Of a stretch of DNA of 32,000 bases, positions 1 through 9,740 are shown piece after piece; position 1 is the first letter of the stretch, and every line of letters starts with the position of its first letter. The position numbers and the translations under genes were made by a program. The stretch comes from Promethearchaeota archaeon. GTDB lineage: Archaea > Asgardarchaeota > Lokiarchaeia > Sigyniarchaeales > SOKP01. The stretch is from positions 30,001 through 62,000 of the forward strand of contig JAUWGH010000011.1 of assembly GCA_030606485.1 (NCBI GenBank), read 5' to 3'. The notes beneath the pieces are model-generated. The model saw nothing but the letters and a program-made list of their open reading frames with translations, searched no databases and was not told the DNA's origin.

Positions 1-530
1 TTATATTCCTTTAAAGTTTCCTCAGATAATGGAAAAAACTTAGGTAAAGGTGCATCGTCTGCAAAAGCTTTAGCATATAATACGTAATTAGGGGTTATCT
101 CATCTACCTTTTCAAATCCATGCTTAAGGAATAATGCTTTTTTAGGCAACCAACCTCCTTTCTCAGCGGTCATAATTACAACACCAAATAATCCTTGCCC
201 TTTTGCATCCTTGAAACATTCTTCTAAGAGTTTTGAACCATGTCCTTTCTTCTTATGCTTACCTACGACCCAAAGGCAATGAATTACCATCCAGCCATCC
301 GCTTGAATTCCACGCCAATTATACTCACCTGGAATGTATTCAATAAAACCTCGTGATGTTAATTTATTAGATTCTTTAACTAAGAGAAGCTTGTATTTTA
401 ACCCTTCTTTAAATCGTTCTTTTATCCATTTGGCCTTATTTTGATAGCCCTTTTCCTTGCTTTGCGATTTCTTGCAAAATAACTTATATTCATCCATATT
501 TTCTTCATTAATATCAATTATTTTTGCCAT
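1..530 (-). CDS. GNAT-family N-acetyltransferase, YoaP-like (3' end runs off the window)
   Basis: Not in the ORF track. Hand translation from ATG at 530 gives MAKIIDINEENMDEYKLFC...GFIEYIPGEYNWRGI...IHCLWVVGKHKKKGHGSKLLEEC, with the acetyl-CoA-binding K-K-G-H-G-S-K-L-L motif. GGAGG SD at 539-543 (minus strand). No stop before base 1. Confidence 0.85.
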   Translation of the reverse strand, partial: MAKIIDINEENMDEYKLFCKKSQSKEKGYQNKAKWIKERFKEGLKYKLLLVKESNKLTSRGFIEYIPGEYNWRGIQADGWMVIHCLWVVGKHKKKGHGSKLLEECFKDAKGQGLFGVVIMTAEKGGWLPKKALFLKHGFEKVDEITPNYVLYAKAFADDAPLPKFFPLSEETLKEY

Positions 531-574
531 ATTTTTTACCTCCTTTTTATCTTAAAAAAAAAAGATTTGAATAT

Positions 575-1075
575 TTATTGTGATTCTTCTTCGAAAAATC
601 CTTGTTCAGCTGCCCATTCAGCCGCATCTTCATACCATTCTGGCCACCCTTTAAGCCATGGAGGTATAAAAGCTTCTCTTACTCGATCACAAACAGGGAA
701 ATAACCTTTTATATCAATAACAGGCGTTCCATCAAAAGCATCTATAAATGGTATTTTTACTAATCCTTTATCATGATTAACTTCTAAAATATTCACTGCT
801 GTTAAAGCAATGGGGTTTGGGCGAAATTCTGCTCTGGTAGCAAATACACCAGTAACAGGGGGATTTTCACCGTAGGGAGGAGTAACTTGCATAGTATTAC
901 GGCTCTCCTTATTATCATTTATATGAGCCCACCAGAAAACCTGTGCATGACTAAAATGCTCTAATTCTTTAAGTGCAGGAATAAAAGGCTTTAAAATTTC
1001 AATATAAAATTCTCCATTAATTTGTTTAACATATCCAATTGGATATATATTAAATTCTTCTTTTTTTTCGTTCAT
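575..1075 (-). CDS. trmO: TrmO/TsaA (YaeB)-like SAM-binding protein, putative tRNA m6t6A37 methyltransferase domain
   Basis: Motifs PIGYV, GVFATRAEFRPNPIAL and IDAFDGTPVIDIKGY match the TsaA-like family. The actual substrate is not provable from sequence. Confidence 0.8.
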   Translation of the reverse strand: MNEKKEEFNIYPIGYVKQINGEFYIEILKPFIPALKELEHFSHAQVFWWAHINDNKESRNTMQVTPPYGENPPVTGVFATRAEFRPNPIALTAVNILEVNHDKGLVKIPFIDAFDGTPVIDIKGYFPVCDRVREAFIPPWLKGWPEWYEDAAEWAAEQGFFEEESQ

Positions 1076-1254
1076 GATTTATTTCCTCTAAGTCTGTTTT
1101 CTATCATTTTCAATTTTTTTTAAAAATATAAATACAACAAATCAATTTCATATTTAAATATTCACATTTGTTAGGATTTTATTCATTTTTTTTAGGAAGA
1201 TTTAAATATGAAATATGCCATTACTATATCAGTAATGAAAAGGCTGTGTGTGCT

Positions 1255-1767
1255 TTGAACAGAGAACCAAAAATAATCGATGAAAAAAGCTATAGACTAC
1301 TAGGATGCGTTTTTTATGGTGATCCTTTCCATTCTGCGAAGGAATGGACAATAGAAAATGAAATAGGTAAAACTTGGCTGCGTTTTGGGAACCTTTCTAG
1401 AAAATATTCAATTTTACTTAAAAAAATTAACGTAAATCCTTATGTGGCATATGAAATACATATAGAACCTGAAGAATACAAGAAAACTAAAAAATATGAT
1501 GTTTTTGTGGGTATTGAAGTAAAAAATTATGAAGAAGTACCCGTGGAGATGTTTGTTAAAATTCTTCCAAAAACAAGCTATGTGATGTTCATTACTAAAG
1601 GCAGAGATTTCAGCGAAGGCGAATATGTTTTTAAAAAGTGGTTACCAAATTCAAATTGCGAGCAAGCATATCCATATATAATTCAATCTTACGATAGAAG
1701 ACGATTCAAGGCACTCGATGATGAGGAGTCCGAAATTGATTGGTATATTCCAATTAAAGAAAAATAA
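1255..1767 (+). CDS. GyrI-like / AraC effector-binding (Cass2-like) small-molecule binding protein
   Basis: ENEIGKTW, YDVFVGIEV, LPKTSYVMF and EIDWYIPIK follow the GyrI-like fold pattern. TTG at 1255 is preferred over the ORF-track start at 1168; the start is uncertain. Confidence 0.7.
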   Translation: MNREPKIIDEKSYRLLGCVFYGDPFHSAKEWTIENEIGKTWLRFGNLSRKYSILLKKINVNPYVAYEIHIEPEEYKKTKKYDVFVGIEVKNYEEVPVEMFVKILPKTSYVMFITKGRDFSEGEYVFKKWLPNSNCEQAYPYIIQSYDRRRFKALDDEESEIDWYIPIKEK

Positions 1768-1793
1768 AGAAAAATATAACCATTAAATTTAAT

Positions 1794-2186
1794 ATGATTG
1801 AAAAAATAACACCAAATGAATTAAAAGAATCACTTGAACAATCATTCGATGATATTTTAGCTATTATAAAAGCTATGGGAAACCAAAATAGGTTAAAAAT
1901 TCTCATAACTTTACTTTCTGGAGAAAAATCATTTCAAACTCTTATGAGTGAAACAAATTTGCAAAAAACGGCATTATCAAATCATCTTACATTATTATTC
2001 AAAAATAGTTTAATAGAAAAGCCGGATTATGGTAAGTATAAAATAACTCAAGATGGTGTAGAGTTCATTCGAGCAATTCAAGCGGTTTATTATCAATCTG
2101 ATACCCAAAGGAAAAAAGAACTAGAAATCATACAAGGAAGAAAATTATCTGAAACTTTTCTTGAATCGTTTTTTAAAAGAAAATAA
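1794..2186 (+). CDS. ArsR-family winged-helix transcriptional regulator
   Basis: KAMGNQNRLKILITL...SFQTLM...LQKTALSNHLTLL...LIEK...GKYKIT is the ArsR HTH/wing pattern. Confidence 0.85.
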   Translation: MIEKITPNELKESLEQSFDDILAIIKAMGNQNRLKILITLLSGEKSFQTLMSETNLQKTALSNHLTLLFKNSLIEKPDYGKYKITQDGVEFIRAIQAVYYQSDTQRKKELEIIQGRKLSETFLESFFKRK

Positions 2187-2236
2187 TTAATAATTAATTG
2201 ATTTTTACTGATTTTATTTTAATAAAAAAGATGAAA

Positions 2237-3037
2237 TTAATACCAATCCCACTTTATATACGAATATGGCAAAAATTCATCTGGATCTACTTCTGCGATT
2301 TTCTCACCTGGCAACATTGTGTTATCTGTCTTGAGATATAAAGCACCCAGCACCTTAACTACCTCTATTTCGCCCCACGGGTCGTGGGCTGTTGAGTTAA
2401 GAGTAATTTCTGCTTCACCCATTTCCATTGATTTAGGACCTACAGCAGTCTCTTGTTTAACCAACCACGGATTATAATCGAAACCAACTTTATTTGGAGC
2501 CGGAAAGTATTTAAAATTGTAATTAACAGTATTCTTTTTCCGACCAGGAAGTAAGCCAAGTTCTTTTATAATCTTTGGAGTCTCAGGATCGTTAAATTTT
2601 CCCGTTAATTTTACGCGAATTTCGATGTTTTTTACTCCAAGACGCTCGGAGTAAGCATAAACATCCTTATCAGTGCGTTCAAGATAAACATTTGCAATTT
2701 TTTTAGGAAACCCAAAAATTTCTCGACCACCTATCATTGCTCTATCGTCAGTCACCGGCATTGCTAAGTAATAATTTCCCATTTCACCATTGAATTCACA
2801 TCTCAAAATAAGAGCGCCTTCAAAGTAAGGCAGACCCTGATTAGTAGAAGAATAATTTGCGATAAAGGCAAAGGCAATGGGTCTCGAAATGGGTTTAAGT
2901 GGAGGTGGAAGTATTTTCTCGATAATTTCTGGTTTAGTCTCCCATAAAACTGTTATCATTTCCGCATCTTTGAAAATAGTCGTTCTCAATTCTTTTCTTT
3001 TTTTCTCAATCTCTTCTAAAGACCTTTTAAAACTCAT
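2237..3037 (-). CDS. Acetoacetate decarboxylase-family protein
   Basis: GGREIFGFPKK retains the PKK Schiff-base lysine motif; also LPPPLKP and YFEGAL. Confidence 0.85.
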   Translation of the reverse strand: MSFKRSLEEIEKKRKELRTTIFKDAEMITVLWETKPEIIEKILPPPLKPISRPIAFAFIANYSSTNQGLPYFEGALILRCEFNGEMGNYYLAMPVTDDRAMIGGREIFGFPKKIANVYLERTDKDVYAYSERLGVKNIEIRVKLTGKFNDPETPKIIKELGLLPGRKKNTVNYNFKYFPAPNKVGFDYNPWLVKQETAVGPKSMEMGEAEITLNSTAHDPWGEIEVVKVLGALYLKTDNTMLPGEKIAEVDPDEFLPYSYIKWDWY

Positions 3038-3079
3038 AATAAATCAACCTTATAAATTACAAATAGAATTTCCCTTTTA

Positions 3080-4609
3080 TTATTCCTCATCTTTGACGAT
3101 ATATTTTGTAATATCATCTTCATAACTGTGAAAATGGAACTTCTCTGGACTCAACAAAAAATTTGGATCCACAGTTCTCTTCATATCCTTAAAAAATTGG
3201 ATAAATTCCGGTGTGTAAGCACCAGCCTCAACTATCGACTGCGAAATTGCCTCTCCAAGCCAATAATGAACTCCACCATATTTTACTTGATGCCTTAATT
3301 TCTTATGCCACATATTCATCGCAATCTGGCGTTGTTCCTCAATATTGTCTGCATTAAAACCGCCTACAAAAACACAATTTCCGTTAGGTAATAGAAATAT
3401 ACATGTGGCAAATAAAGATATACTTCCAGGTGGAAATTCAGCCCGATACTTTGCATCAAATTGAGTGCTTAATTTAACTATTTCTGGTATAGATGAAATT
3501 GGAACTTTATGACAAGTTGTGCAGGATATCTTTGGTGGTTGAATAGAAATGTATTGATTAAAATAATTATAGGCAAACTTTAAATTGAACTCCCAATCCT
3601 TTGATAATGGCTGGCTTAAATCAATTTCCTGCCATTCAAATGGTCTGGCATCATCTTTCATAATCTCATCAACTTTTTCTTGATAAACATCCAAGATTCG
3701 CTGATCAAATGCCTCCAACCCAACCATAAAGACAGAACCTCTTATTTTAGGTCTTGTGGGAGGTTTTTGCTGTGCCATACCCTCCATAAATTTAACCACA
3801 GTAAATGGTACAAGAATTAAATCATGTAATCCATCATTAACTTCTTTTCGCAATCTGTACATTATTTCGAATACTTTATTATAATCATTCTTGTTAAGGA
3901 TATAATGTCGCTGAGATTTGAATGGAGCATCCGGAAATATTTTTAAAAATGCTTTAGTCTTAATCCCCATGGTTCCCACATCCCCCATAAAAAGACCCGT
4001 GAAATCCGGTGCAACTCCATACCGGCAAAATGGCTTTGCATATTTACTTGCGGCTGCCCCTGTTCTCAAAATAGTTCCCTGTGGGTTTGGTAATACAACC
4101 TCAACTCCCAAACATATATCAGGAACTAAACCATATTTTGTCGAACCAAACCCCGCTGTGCTATTAGAAAGACCGCCCCCGATGGTCGCTGAGTAACCGC
4201 TTCCAGGTCCCAGAACTCCCGTTGTTAGACCTTTCTTTTGCAATTCTGAAACCAAAATGCCCCAAGTTATTCCACACTCAACCTCACAATAATAATCTAT
4301 TTCATTAATCTCCAAAATCTGATTCATTCTCGTAAGATCCATCAGAATTCCTCCCTCGGTGACTGACCCCCCAACCAAGTCAGCGCCACCGCCCCTCGGA
4401 ACCATGTGAATCTTGTATTTGTTCGCAATCTTGATAATTTCTGATACTTCCTCCGTTGATTGCGGTCTTACAATCATATCTGCCCATCTATCGGGAAAAG
4501 CGGGGTCAACATTTCTCGAATATGCTGCTTTCATGAAATCCTTATCAGTAATATAATCCGAGCCAATAATTTTTTCTATCTCAACATACACTTCCTTAAC
4601 TTTGGACAT
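3080..4609 (-). CDS. FAD-binding oxidoreductase (GlcD / D-lactate dehydrogenase / VAO-type, FAD_binding_4)
   Basis: IVRPQSTEEVSEIIK, VPRGGGADLVGG, MDLTRMNQILEI, ATIGG, GLEV-like CLGVEVVLP, GTMGIKT and DPNFLLSP. Confidence 0.9.
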   Translation of the reverse strand: MSKVKEVYVEIEKIIGSDYITDKDFMKAAYSRNVDPAFPDRWADMIVRPQSTEEVSEIIKIANKYKIHMVPRGGGADLVGGSVTEGGILMDLTRMNQILEINEIDYYCEVECGITWGILVSELQKKGLTTGVLGPGSGYSATIGGGLSNSTAGFGSTKYGLVPDICLGVEVVLPNPQGTILRTGAAASKYAKPFCRYGVAPDFTGLFMGDVGTMGIKTKAFLKIFPDAPFKSQRHYILNKNDYNKVFEIMYRLRKEVNDGLHDLILVPFTVVKFMEGMAQQKPPTRPKIRGSVFMVGLEAFDQRILDVYQEKVDEIMKDDARPFEWQEIDLSQPLSKDWEFNLKFAYNYFNQYISIQPPKISCTTCHKVPISSIPEIVKLSTQFDAKYRAEFPPGSISLFATCIFLLPNGNCVFVGGFNADNIEEQRQIAMNMWHKKLRHQVKYGGVHYWLGEAISQSIVEAGAYTPEFIQFFKDMKRTVDPNFLLSPEKFHFHSYEDDITKYIVKDEE

Positions 4610-4769
4610 TTTTTTACCACATGTTTTCCCTAACTAGCTTTAAATAAAACAACTGCAATTTATATACAATAGTGTGAAATTTAATAAAAAATTTTATCAT
4701 ACTATTAGTATAATTAAAACTAAATTAAATCTTGTAAAAAAAATAAATAATAATAAGAGGGAACAAACA

Positions 4770-5153
4770 ATGGCAACCGAAATTTTAAAAGGGCTTAAAA
4801 TAATATTTCTCCTTCAATTTATCACAATGACATTCTTTGGGATTTTTTTCTTTTTTTTCATTGAAGCATATGTAGTACTTTTTAGTTGGCCATATTTAGA
4901 CCCAATCGCTGGACATTATATTGGTGCATTCTCATTAGGAATCGCAGTTTTAGCCATATTAGCTTATAGAGAAACAGAATGGGATAGAATAGAGCTTTTA
5001 GTTATTTTTCATATCGTCTGGATTCTTTTAGGCTTAATTGCAATGATATGGGGACTTGTCACGGATTTCACTTTTGCTGGTACGTTTAATTCAATTTTAC
5101 TTGTATTCTTTCTCGTAGCTTTTACATATTTCTATTTGCAACAGAGAAAGTAG
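4770..5153 (+). CDS. Small 4-TM membrane protein, unknown function
   Basis: Four hydrophobic segments. ATG at 4770 follows a GAGG SD; the ORF-track start at 4674 adds an implausible K/N-rich leader. Confidence 0.75.
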   Translation: MATEILKGLKIIFLLQFITMTFFGIFFFFFIEAYVVLFSWPYLDPIAGHYIGAFSLGIAVLAILAYRETEWDRIELLVIFHIVWILLGLIAMIWGLVTDFTFAGTFNSILLVFFLVAFTYFYLQQRK

Positions 5154-5203
5154 CTTAATTAAAACGAGCATCTTAAGAAACCCCAACACGAGAATATTAA
5201 AAT

Positions 5204-5488
5204 CTAAAACTTTTTTTTTATTCCAACTACAATTCCTATTAATATTGATCCTAAAACTCCAAATATTGTGGCTCTATTAATATTTAAAGTAAAAAGAAAC
5301 CAAGCTGACAAAAGAACAGAGAAAGTTCCAGCTATTAAAATCGCTTGTAATAGATGAAAAGGATCGAAATCTGGGAAATTGGTACTTACAAAAATATCTG
5401 CAAAATAAGTATTCCAAGCAAGAGAAATAAAAGAAATAAAAACATAAAGTATCCTAATTATACGCGGAGTTTTACTTTTAATTTTAAT
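5204..5488 (-). CDS. Probable 94-aa, 3-TM membrane protein with non-canonical ATT start
   Basis: Not in the ORF track. The frame is open for 95 codons: IKIKSKTPRIIRILYVFISFISLAWNTYF...FHLLQAILIAGTFSVLLSAWFLFTL...ATIFGVLGSILIGIVVGIKKKF*. AGGAAAGGTG lies just upstream and there is no in-frame ATG/GTG. Confidence 0.55.
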   Translation of the reverse strand: MKIKSKTPRIIRILYVFISFISLAWNTYFADIFVSTNFPDFDPFHLLQAILIAGTFSVLLSAWFLFTLNINRATIFGVLGSILIGIVVGIKKKF

Positions 5489-5547
5489 ACACCTTTCCTA
5501 AATTTTTTTTCTCTTCGATTTAAAATTATTACCTATTTTACCTTGAA

Positions 5548-6456
5548 TTATAAACCTAACACTTTTGCAGCATTCTCTCCAAGAATTTTATTCTTCTCCT
5601 CATCAGTAAATTCAGGCAGCCCCATTAATTGGAGCGGAGGAGGTAATTTCATTTTCTTAATTCCCCTTACCCATTTTTTAAGTGAAAGTATAGGGGTAAA
5701 TAAAGGCCAATCTGTGCCAAATAGAATTTTTTCTATTCCGCATGAAAGCTTAGCTTGCACGAGAGTCTGAAAAAAAGCAAATGGAACCATTTTAAAAGTT
5801 GGTTCCCATGCAGAAATATCAAGATATACATTTGGATTTTTTGTAGCCACTGATATTGCCTCATCTGTCCATGGCTTTCCCATATGTGCCATAATAAATT
5901 TAATTTTAGGAAAATCAATTGCAATTTTATCTATATAGACCGGTCTACAATATTTCAAATATGTTCTAGGAGGGCCTTCTCCCGTATGACAAAATATTAC
6001 AGCCCCAAGTTCCTCCACCCGTTCATAAAAAGGGTAATACTTCATATCATCAGGATAAAACCCAGTTAAAGGCCATAATTTGACTCCACGAAATCCTAAT
6101 TCTTCAATACACCTCTCTAATTCTTGAATTGCTTCTTTACCCCTCCTAGGATCAATACCAGCAAATCCAATTAATCTATCAGGATATTCATTGAACATCT
6201 CTGCGACCATATCATTATACTCCCTATAACTTACTTTCCCCCTAAAAAGATACTGATAATCCAAAGCAACAATCACCGCCTTATCTATCCCAGCTTCATC
6301 CATTTCTTCAACCAATCTCTCAGGAGTTCCATTTAATATTAAATTTGGATCAAAATCGTGCTGCTTTGCAATCGAAACTATAACTTCTCGTAGTTCTTTA
6401 GACAAGGACTCCTCATCCCACACATGACAATGACCATCAATTATCACAATTTCCAC
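5548..6456 (-). CDS. Amidohydrolase_2-family metal-dependent hydrolase
   Basis: Metal ligands in IDGHCH, FCHTG, IMAHMG and LFGTDWP. GTG start. Confidence 0.9.
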   Translation of the reverse strand: MEIVIIDGHCHVWDEESLSKELREVIVSIAKQHDFDPNLILNGTPERLVEEMDEAGIDKAVIVALDYQYLFRGKVSYREYNDMVAEMFNEYPDRLIGFAGIDPRRGKEAIQELERCIEELGFRGVKLWPLTGFYPDDMKYYPFYERVEELGAVIFCHTGEGPPRTYLKYCRPVYIDKIAIDFPKIKFIMAHMGKPWTDEAISVATKNPNVYLDISAWEPTFKMVPFAFFQTLVQAKLSCGIEKILFGTDWPLFTPILSLKKWVRGIKKMKLPPPLQLMGLPEFTDEEKNKILGENAAKVLGL

Positions 6457-6789
6457 CTTAAAATTTTATAAACATTCGATTTAAATTTATGATTCAATAT
6501 TTCCTCAAACAAATAAAAATATATTGATCATTGAGCTTTTCATTGAAAATCTAACTATTTTTAATCAGAAATTAAATTTAATTAGGTATAAGATTATTTA
6601 AAAAAAAAATCATTCTATCTAATTTCACCCATTCCTTGTTTGATTACCTGGCTAAGAATTGTAGGTCTTGTTTAGTCCAACTTTAGCAATTTTTTTTCTA
6701 TAAATCTTTATTTACAATATTCTTACTCGTAATTTTCTTCTTATATTATATAAATATCTTTTTAATTAACTATTATTTAATTAAGAATT

Positions 6790-7536
6790 ATGAGTTACTG
6801 GTATGCTTTTTTCGTTATCATTGGAATTATTTCTATTTTAATTCTGATATTTGGCTTACCTCGAAAAAAGAGTACCAGACAACCAAATATAGAAGGTCTT
6901 GATAATCCAGAAGTTGCTAAAGCATTCGAAAAAATGACAAATTTTCTTCCCTTTAAACTCTTACGCCGAAAAGTAATATCTCGATTGAAAAAATTTAACC
7001 CAAGCGGAAAGTTGGTGGATATAGGTTGCGGTTCTGGAAATTTAATTATCCAAATTGCAGAAAAACTTCCAAAGCTTAATTTAATTGGAGTTGATATTTC
7101 CTCTGAAATACTCGAACTTGCAAAAAAACGAGCAATTGAGAAAAAGGTGGATAATAAAGTTGAATTTAAAAACGGAACTGTAGAAAATTTGCCTTTTCCA
7201 AATAATTCAATCGATTTTATAATAAGTACTTTCTCACTTCATCATTGGGTGAATCCCATTAAAGCGTTTAAAGAACTTTATCGCATTTTGAAAGAAAGTG
7301 GAACCTTTTTAATCTTTGATTTTCGCCGAGATTCACGAAAATTTTTTTATGGCTTTTTAACTTTTATTACTAAAGTGGTTGTTCCTAAAGCATTAAAAAA
7401 TATTAATGAGCCTTTAGGTTCAATTCAGGCAAGCTATACTCCTGATGAAGTGCTCCAATTCTTCTCTCAATTTTTTTTCCCGAATACTGAAATTAAACTG
7501 TTTCTCGCTTGGATGTTTATTAGTAGCAAAAAGTAA
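6790..7536 (+). CDS. Class I SAM-dependent methyltransferase (UbiE-like) with N-terminal membrane anchor
   Basis: LVDIGCGSG motif I, GVDIS, LPFPNNSIDFIISTFSLHHW and RILKESG; hydrophobic first 23 aa. Confidence 0.9.
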   Translation: MSYWYAFFVIIGIISILILIFGLPRKKSTRQPNIEGLDNPEVAKAFEKMTNFLPFKLLRRKVISRLKKFNPSGKLVDIGCGSGNLIIQIAEKLPKLNLIGVDISSEILELAKKRAIEKKVDNKVEFKNGTVENLPFPNNSIDFIISTFSLHHWVNPIKAFKELYRILKESGTFLIFDFRRDSRKFFYGFLTFITKVVVPKALKNINEPLGSIQASYTPDEVLQFFSQFFFPNTEIKLFLAWMFISSKK

Positions 7537-7809
7537 AATTAAAATTGTTCAAAAATACGAAATACGATATTATTGAACAAAAAGGGGATATATCATAATT
7601 AAATTTAATTCATTCAGTAGGGTATAAATGAACTATTTAAAATAGATCCATTCTTTGAGCTTATTAAGGAAGTCTATTTATTAAAATTAACAAAAAAAAT
7701 ACAATATTAAGAATAGTATTCATTATTCAAACAATTCGCTTTATAAATAAAAGAAAGTCTGAAATTAATCGATAATTTCTTGTGTTTTAAATAGGAGAAT
7801 AAGTGGAAG

Positions 7810-8424
7810 ATGTACATTTTGTTTTTTATTTGTATATTAAGTCTAATTTCTATGGCACCCATTCATTTTTTATCTGTTGAGCATCTAAAGCTTCAAGAAA
7901 AATATGGAAAACAAAAAGGAACTAAAATTGCCAAAATTTTTGGAATAATTTCAGGATGGGGCTTCTTCATATTTTTAATTGGAACCTGGATTTTACCTCA
8001 ACCCAGATTTGTTATCCCAATTTTTCAAAATATTTCAATCTTAATTCCAATTATCAATTTCTTAATTCACTTATTCCATCTAATAGTTTCTATGCCCTTC
8101 TTAATATTTGGTGCTTGGCTTGGAATTGCAGGCGTAAAAGAAATAACCCTTAAAGTAGCAGAAACACATCAACCCAAAAAAATTATTACTACTGGGATTT
8201 ATTCTATTATTAGACATCCGCAATATTTCGGTGCAATATTAGCACACGTGGGTATTTCTATTTTGTTATCTTCGTTATATTCATTACTTTCCACTCCTTT
8301 AATAATCATATTTAATTATCTCATCTCATGGAAAGAAGAAAAAGAGTTGATTAAAGAATTTGGCAAGGATTATGAGGATTATAAGAAAAATGTCCCAATG
8401 TTAATTCCAAAATTAAGAAGATAA
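7810..8424 (+). CDS. Isoprenylcysteine carboxyl methyltransferase (ICMT/PEMT)-family membrane protein
   Basis: LKVAETHQ...ITTGIYSIIRHPQYFG, EEKELIKEFGKDYEDY and PMLIP, plus multiple TM segments. Confidence 0.85.
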   Translation: MYILFFICILSLISMAPIHFLSVEHLKLQEKYGKQKGTKIAKIFGIISGWGFFIFLIGTWILPQPRFVIPIFQNISILIPIINFLIHLFHLIVSMPFLIFGAWLGIAGVKEITLKVAETHQPKKIITTGIYSIIRHPQYFGAILAHVGISILLSSLYSLLSTPLIIIFNYLISWKEEKELIKEFGKDYEDYKKNVPMLIPKLRR

Positions 8425-8587
8425 TGATATTTAAATGGGCTTTTAATCAATAACTAAAAAACGAGACTTTAATCGGTATAGATAAAGTTCTAAAGAAAAC
8501 TTTTTTAAGAGCTCCTATTATTTAACTTATCATTAAGTTAGATTTCCCATTTTTAAATATTTTAAAATTAAAGAATTTGGTGATATT

Positions 8588-9046
8588 TTGAGTCTTGATA
8601 ATGCGTTTGACCTGTTATTTGTAATTATTGCAATTACTTTTAATCTTTTAATTATTGGCATTTTTATCGCTGGAAAGAGGAAGCAGGATAAACTGAGGAG
8701 ATGGTTTGGGATTGTATTTGTTTGTTTAACAATACCATTGATCATCGTTTTCATTAATTATTTGATCATCGGGCAAGAATTGTGGATTATTATATGTTTG
8801 GTGATTATTTTATTATACTTATTCTTAGAATTATTACTCGATTTAATATTAAAATACGATTTTAGGAAAAAACCGATAACCCACGTTCCATACATCATAC
8901 TATTTTATATCGTATCTTTTAGCTTGATTGGGATTACGTTTTATATTGATGAAATCAGTGGATGGATTGTCTCAATTACATTCTGGGCTGTTTTGGCAAG
9001 TTTGATTTATAATTTAGCTGGTCGAAAAAAGAAAGATAATGAATAA
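8588..9046 (+). CDS. Membrane protein (about 5 TM), unknown function
   Basis: Alternating hydrophobic segments and a basic C-tail. TTG start. Confidence 0.7.
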   Translation: MSLDNAFDLLFVIIAITFNLLIIGIFIAGKRKQDKLRRWFGIVFVCLTIPLIIVFINYLIIGQELWIIICLVIILLYLFLELLLDLILKYDFRKKPITHVPYIILFYIVSFSLIGITFYIDEISGWIVSITFWAVLASLIYNLAGRKKKDNE

Positions 9047-9191
9047 GTAACTCCCTTTTTCTTCCAAGTTAGTATTTAATATCCAATTTTAATATTTAAT
9101 TTATAATACATAAGAGAAAAGATTATAAACATAATTAGTAATACTTAATAATAAAAAATAAATCTCCTTTTAATTTAAAGAGGAATATAAA

Positions 9192-9626
9192 ATGTCATCC
9201 GAAATTAAAATTGACCCTTTTGCCGCGTTGATATTAGTACTTAGTGTTGTCGGGATAATTCTAATAGCAGCTTTTAGTTTTGCAGGTTTTTTTTTACCTA
9301 GTTATGGAAATAGATATTCTTGCTTGGGTTGTGAATATTGGACACCCGGTGATTTAGCAGCACAAGTCATTATGATAATACTATTAATAATACAAATAGT
9401 TGTGGCCTTAAATGACCTGCTCCCCAAAAAATTCATAGAAATGGATCTAGAGATATTTGGCATACTTCTTGCAGGTTTAACAATCCTTCTTGCCATCATA
9501 GGGATTGCTTCATTTGGAATAGCTTATGAGGCATATATATGGTGGCCTGAGACTGGATTTTACGGCGGTATTATAGCGGGAATACTCAACACAATCTTGT
9601 TTTTCTTAAAATATAAAAATAAGTAA
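9192..9626 (+). CDS. 4-TM membrane protein with a CxxC loop, unknown function
   Basis: Four hydrophobic segments and YSCLGCEY in the first loop. GAGGA SD upstream. Confidence 0.75.
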   Translation: MSSEIKIDPFAALILVLSVVGIILIAAFSFAGFFLPSYGNRYSCLGCEYWTPGDLAAQVIMIILLIIQIVVALNDLLPKKFIEMDLEIFGILLAGLTILLAIIGIASFGIAYEAYIWWPETGFYGGIIAGILNTILFFLKYKNK

Positions 9627-9631
9627 TTTAT

Positions 9632-9650
9632 CATTTTTTTTCTTTTTTGC
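9632..9650 (+). terminator. Probable archaeal oligo-T terminator
   Basis: T8-C-T6 tract a few bases after the stop at 9626. Confidence 0.45.
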
Positions 9651-9740
9651 CATTATTTTTTTCCACCCATCTTTCGCATAAATAAATAGGTAAGAGTTAT
9701 AAACATAATCAATAAACTTAAGAAAGAACTACCAACTAAT

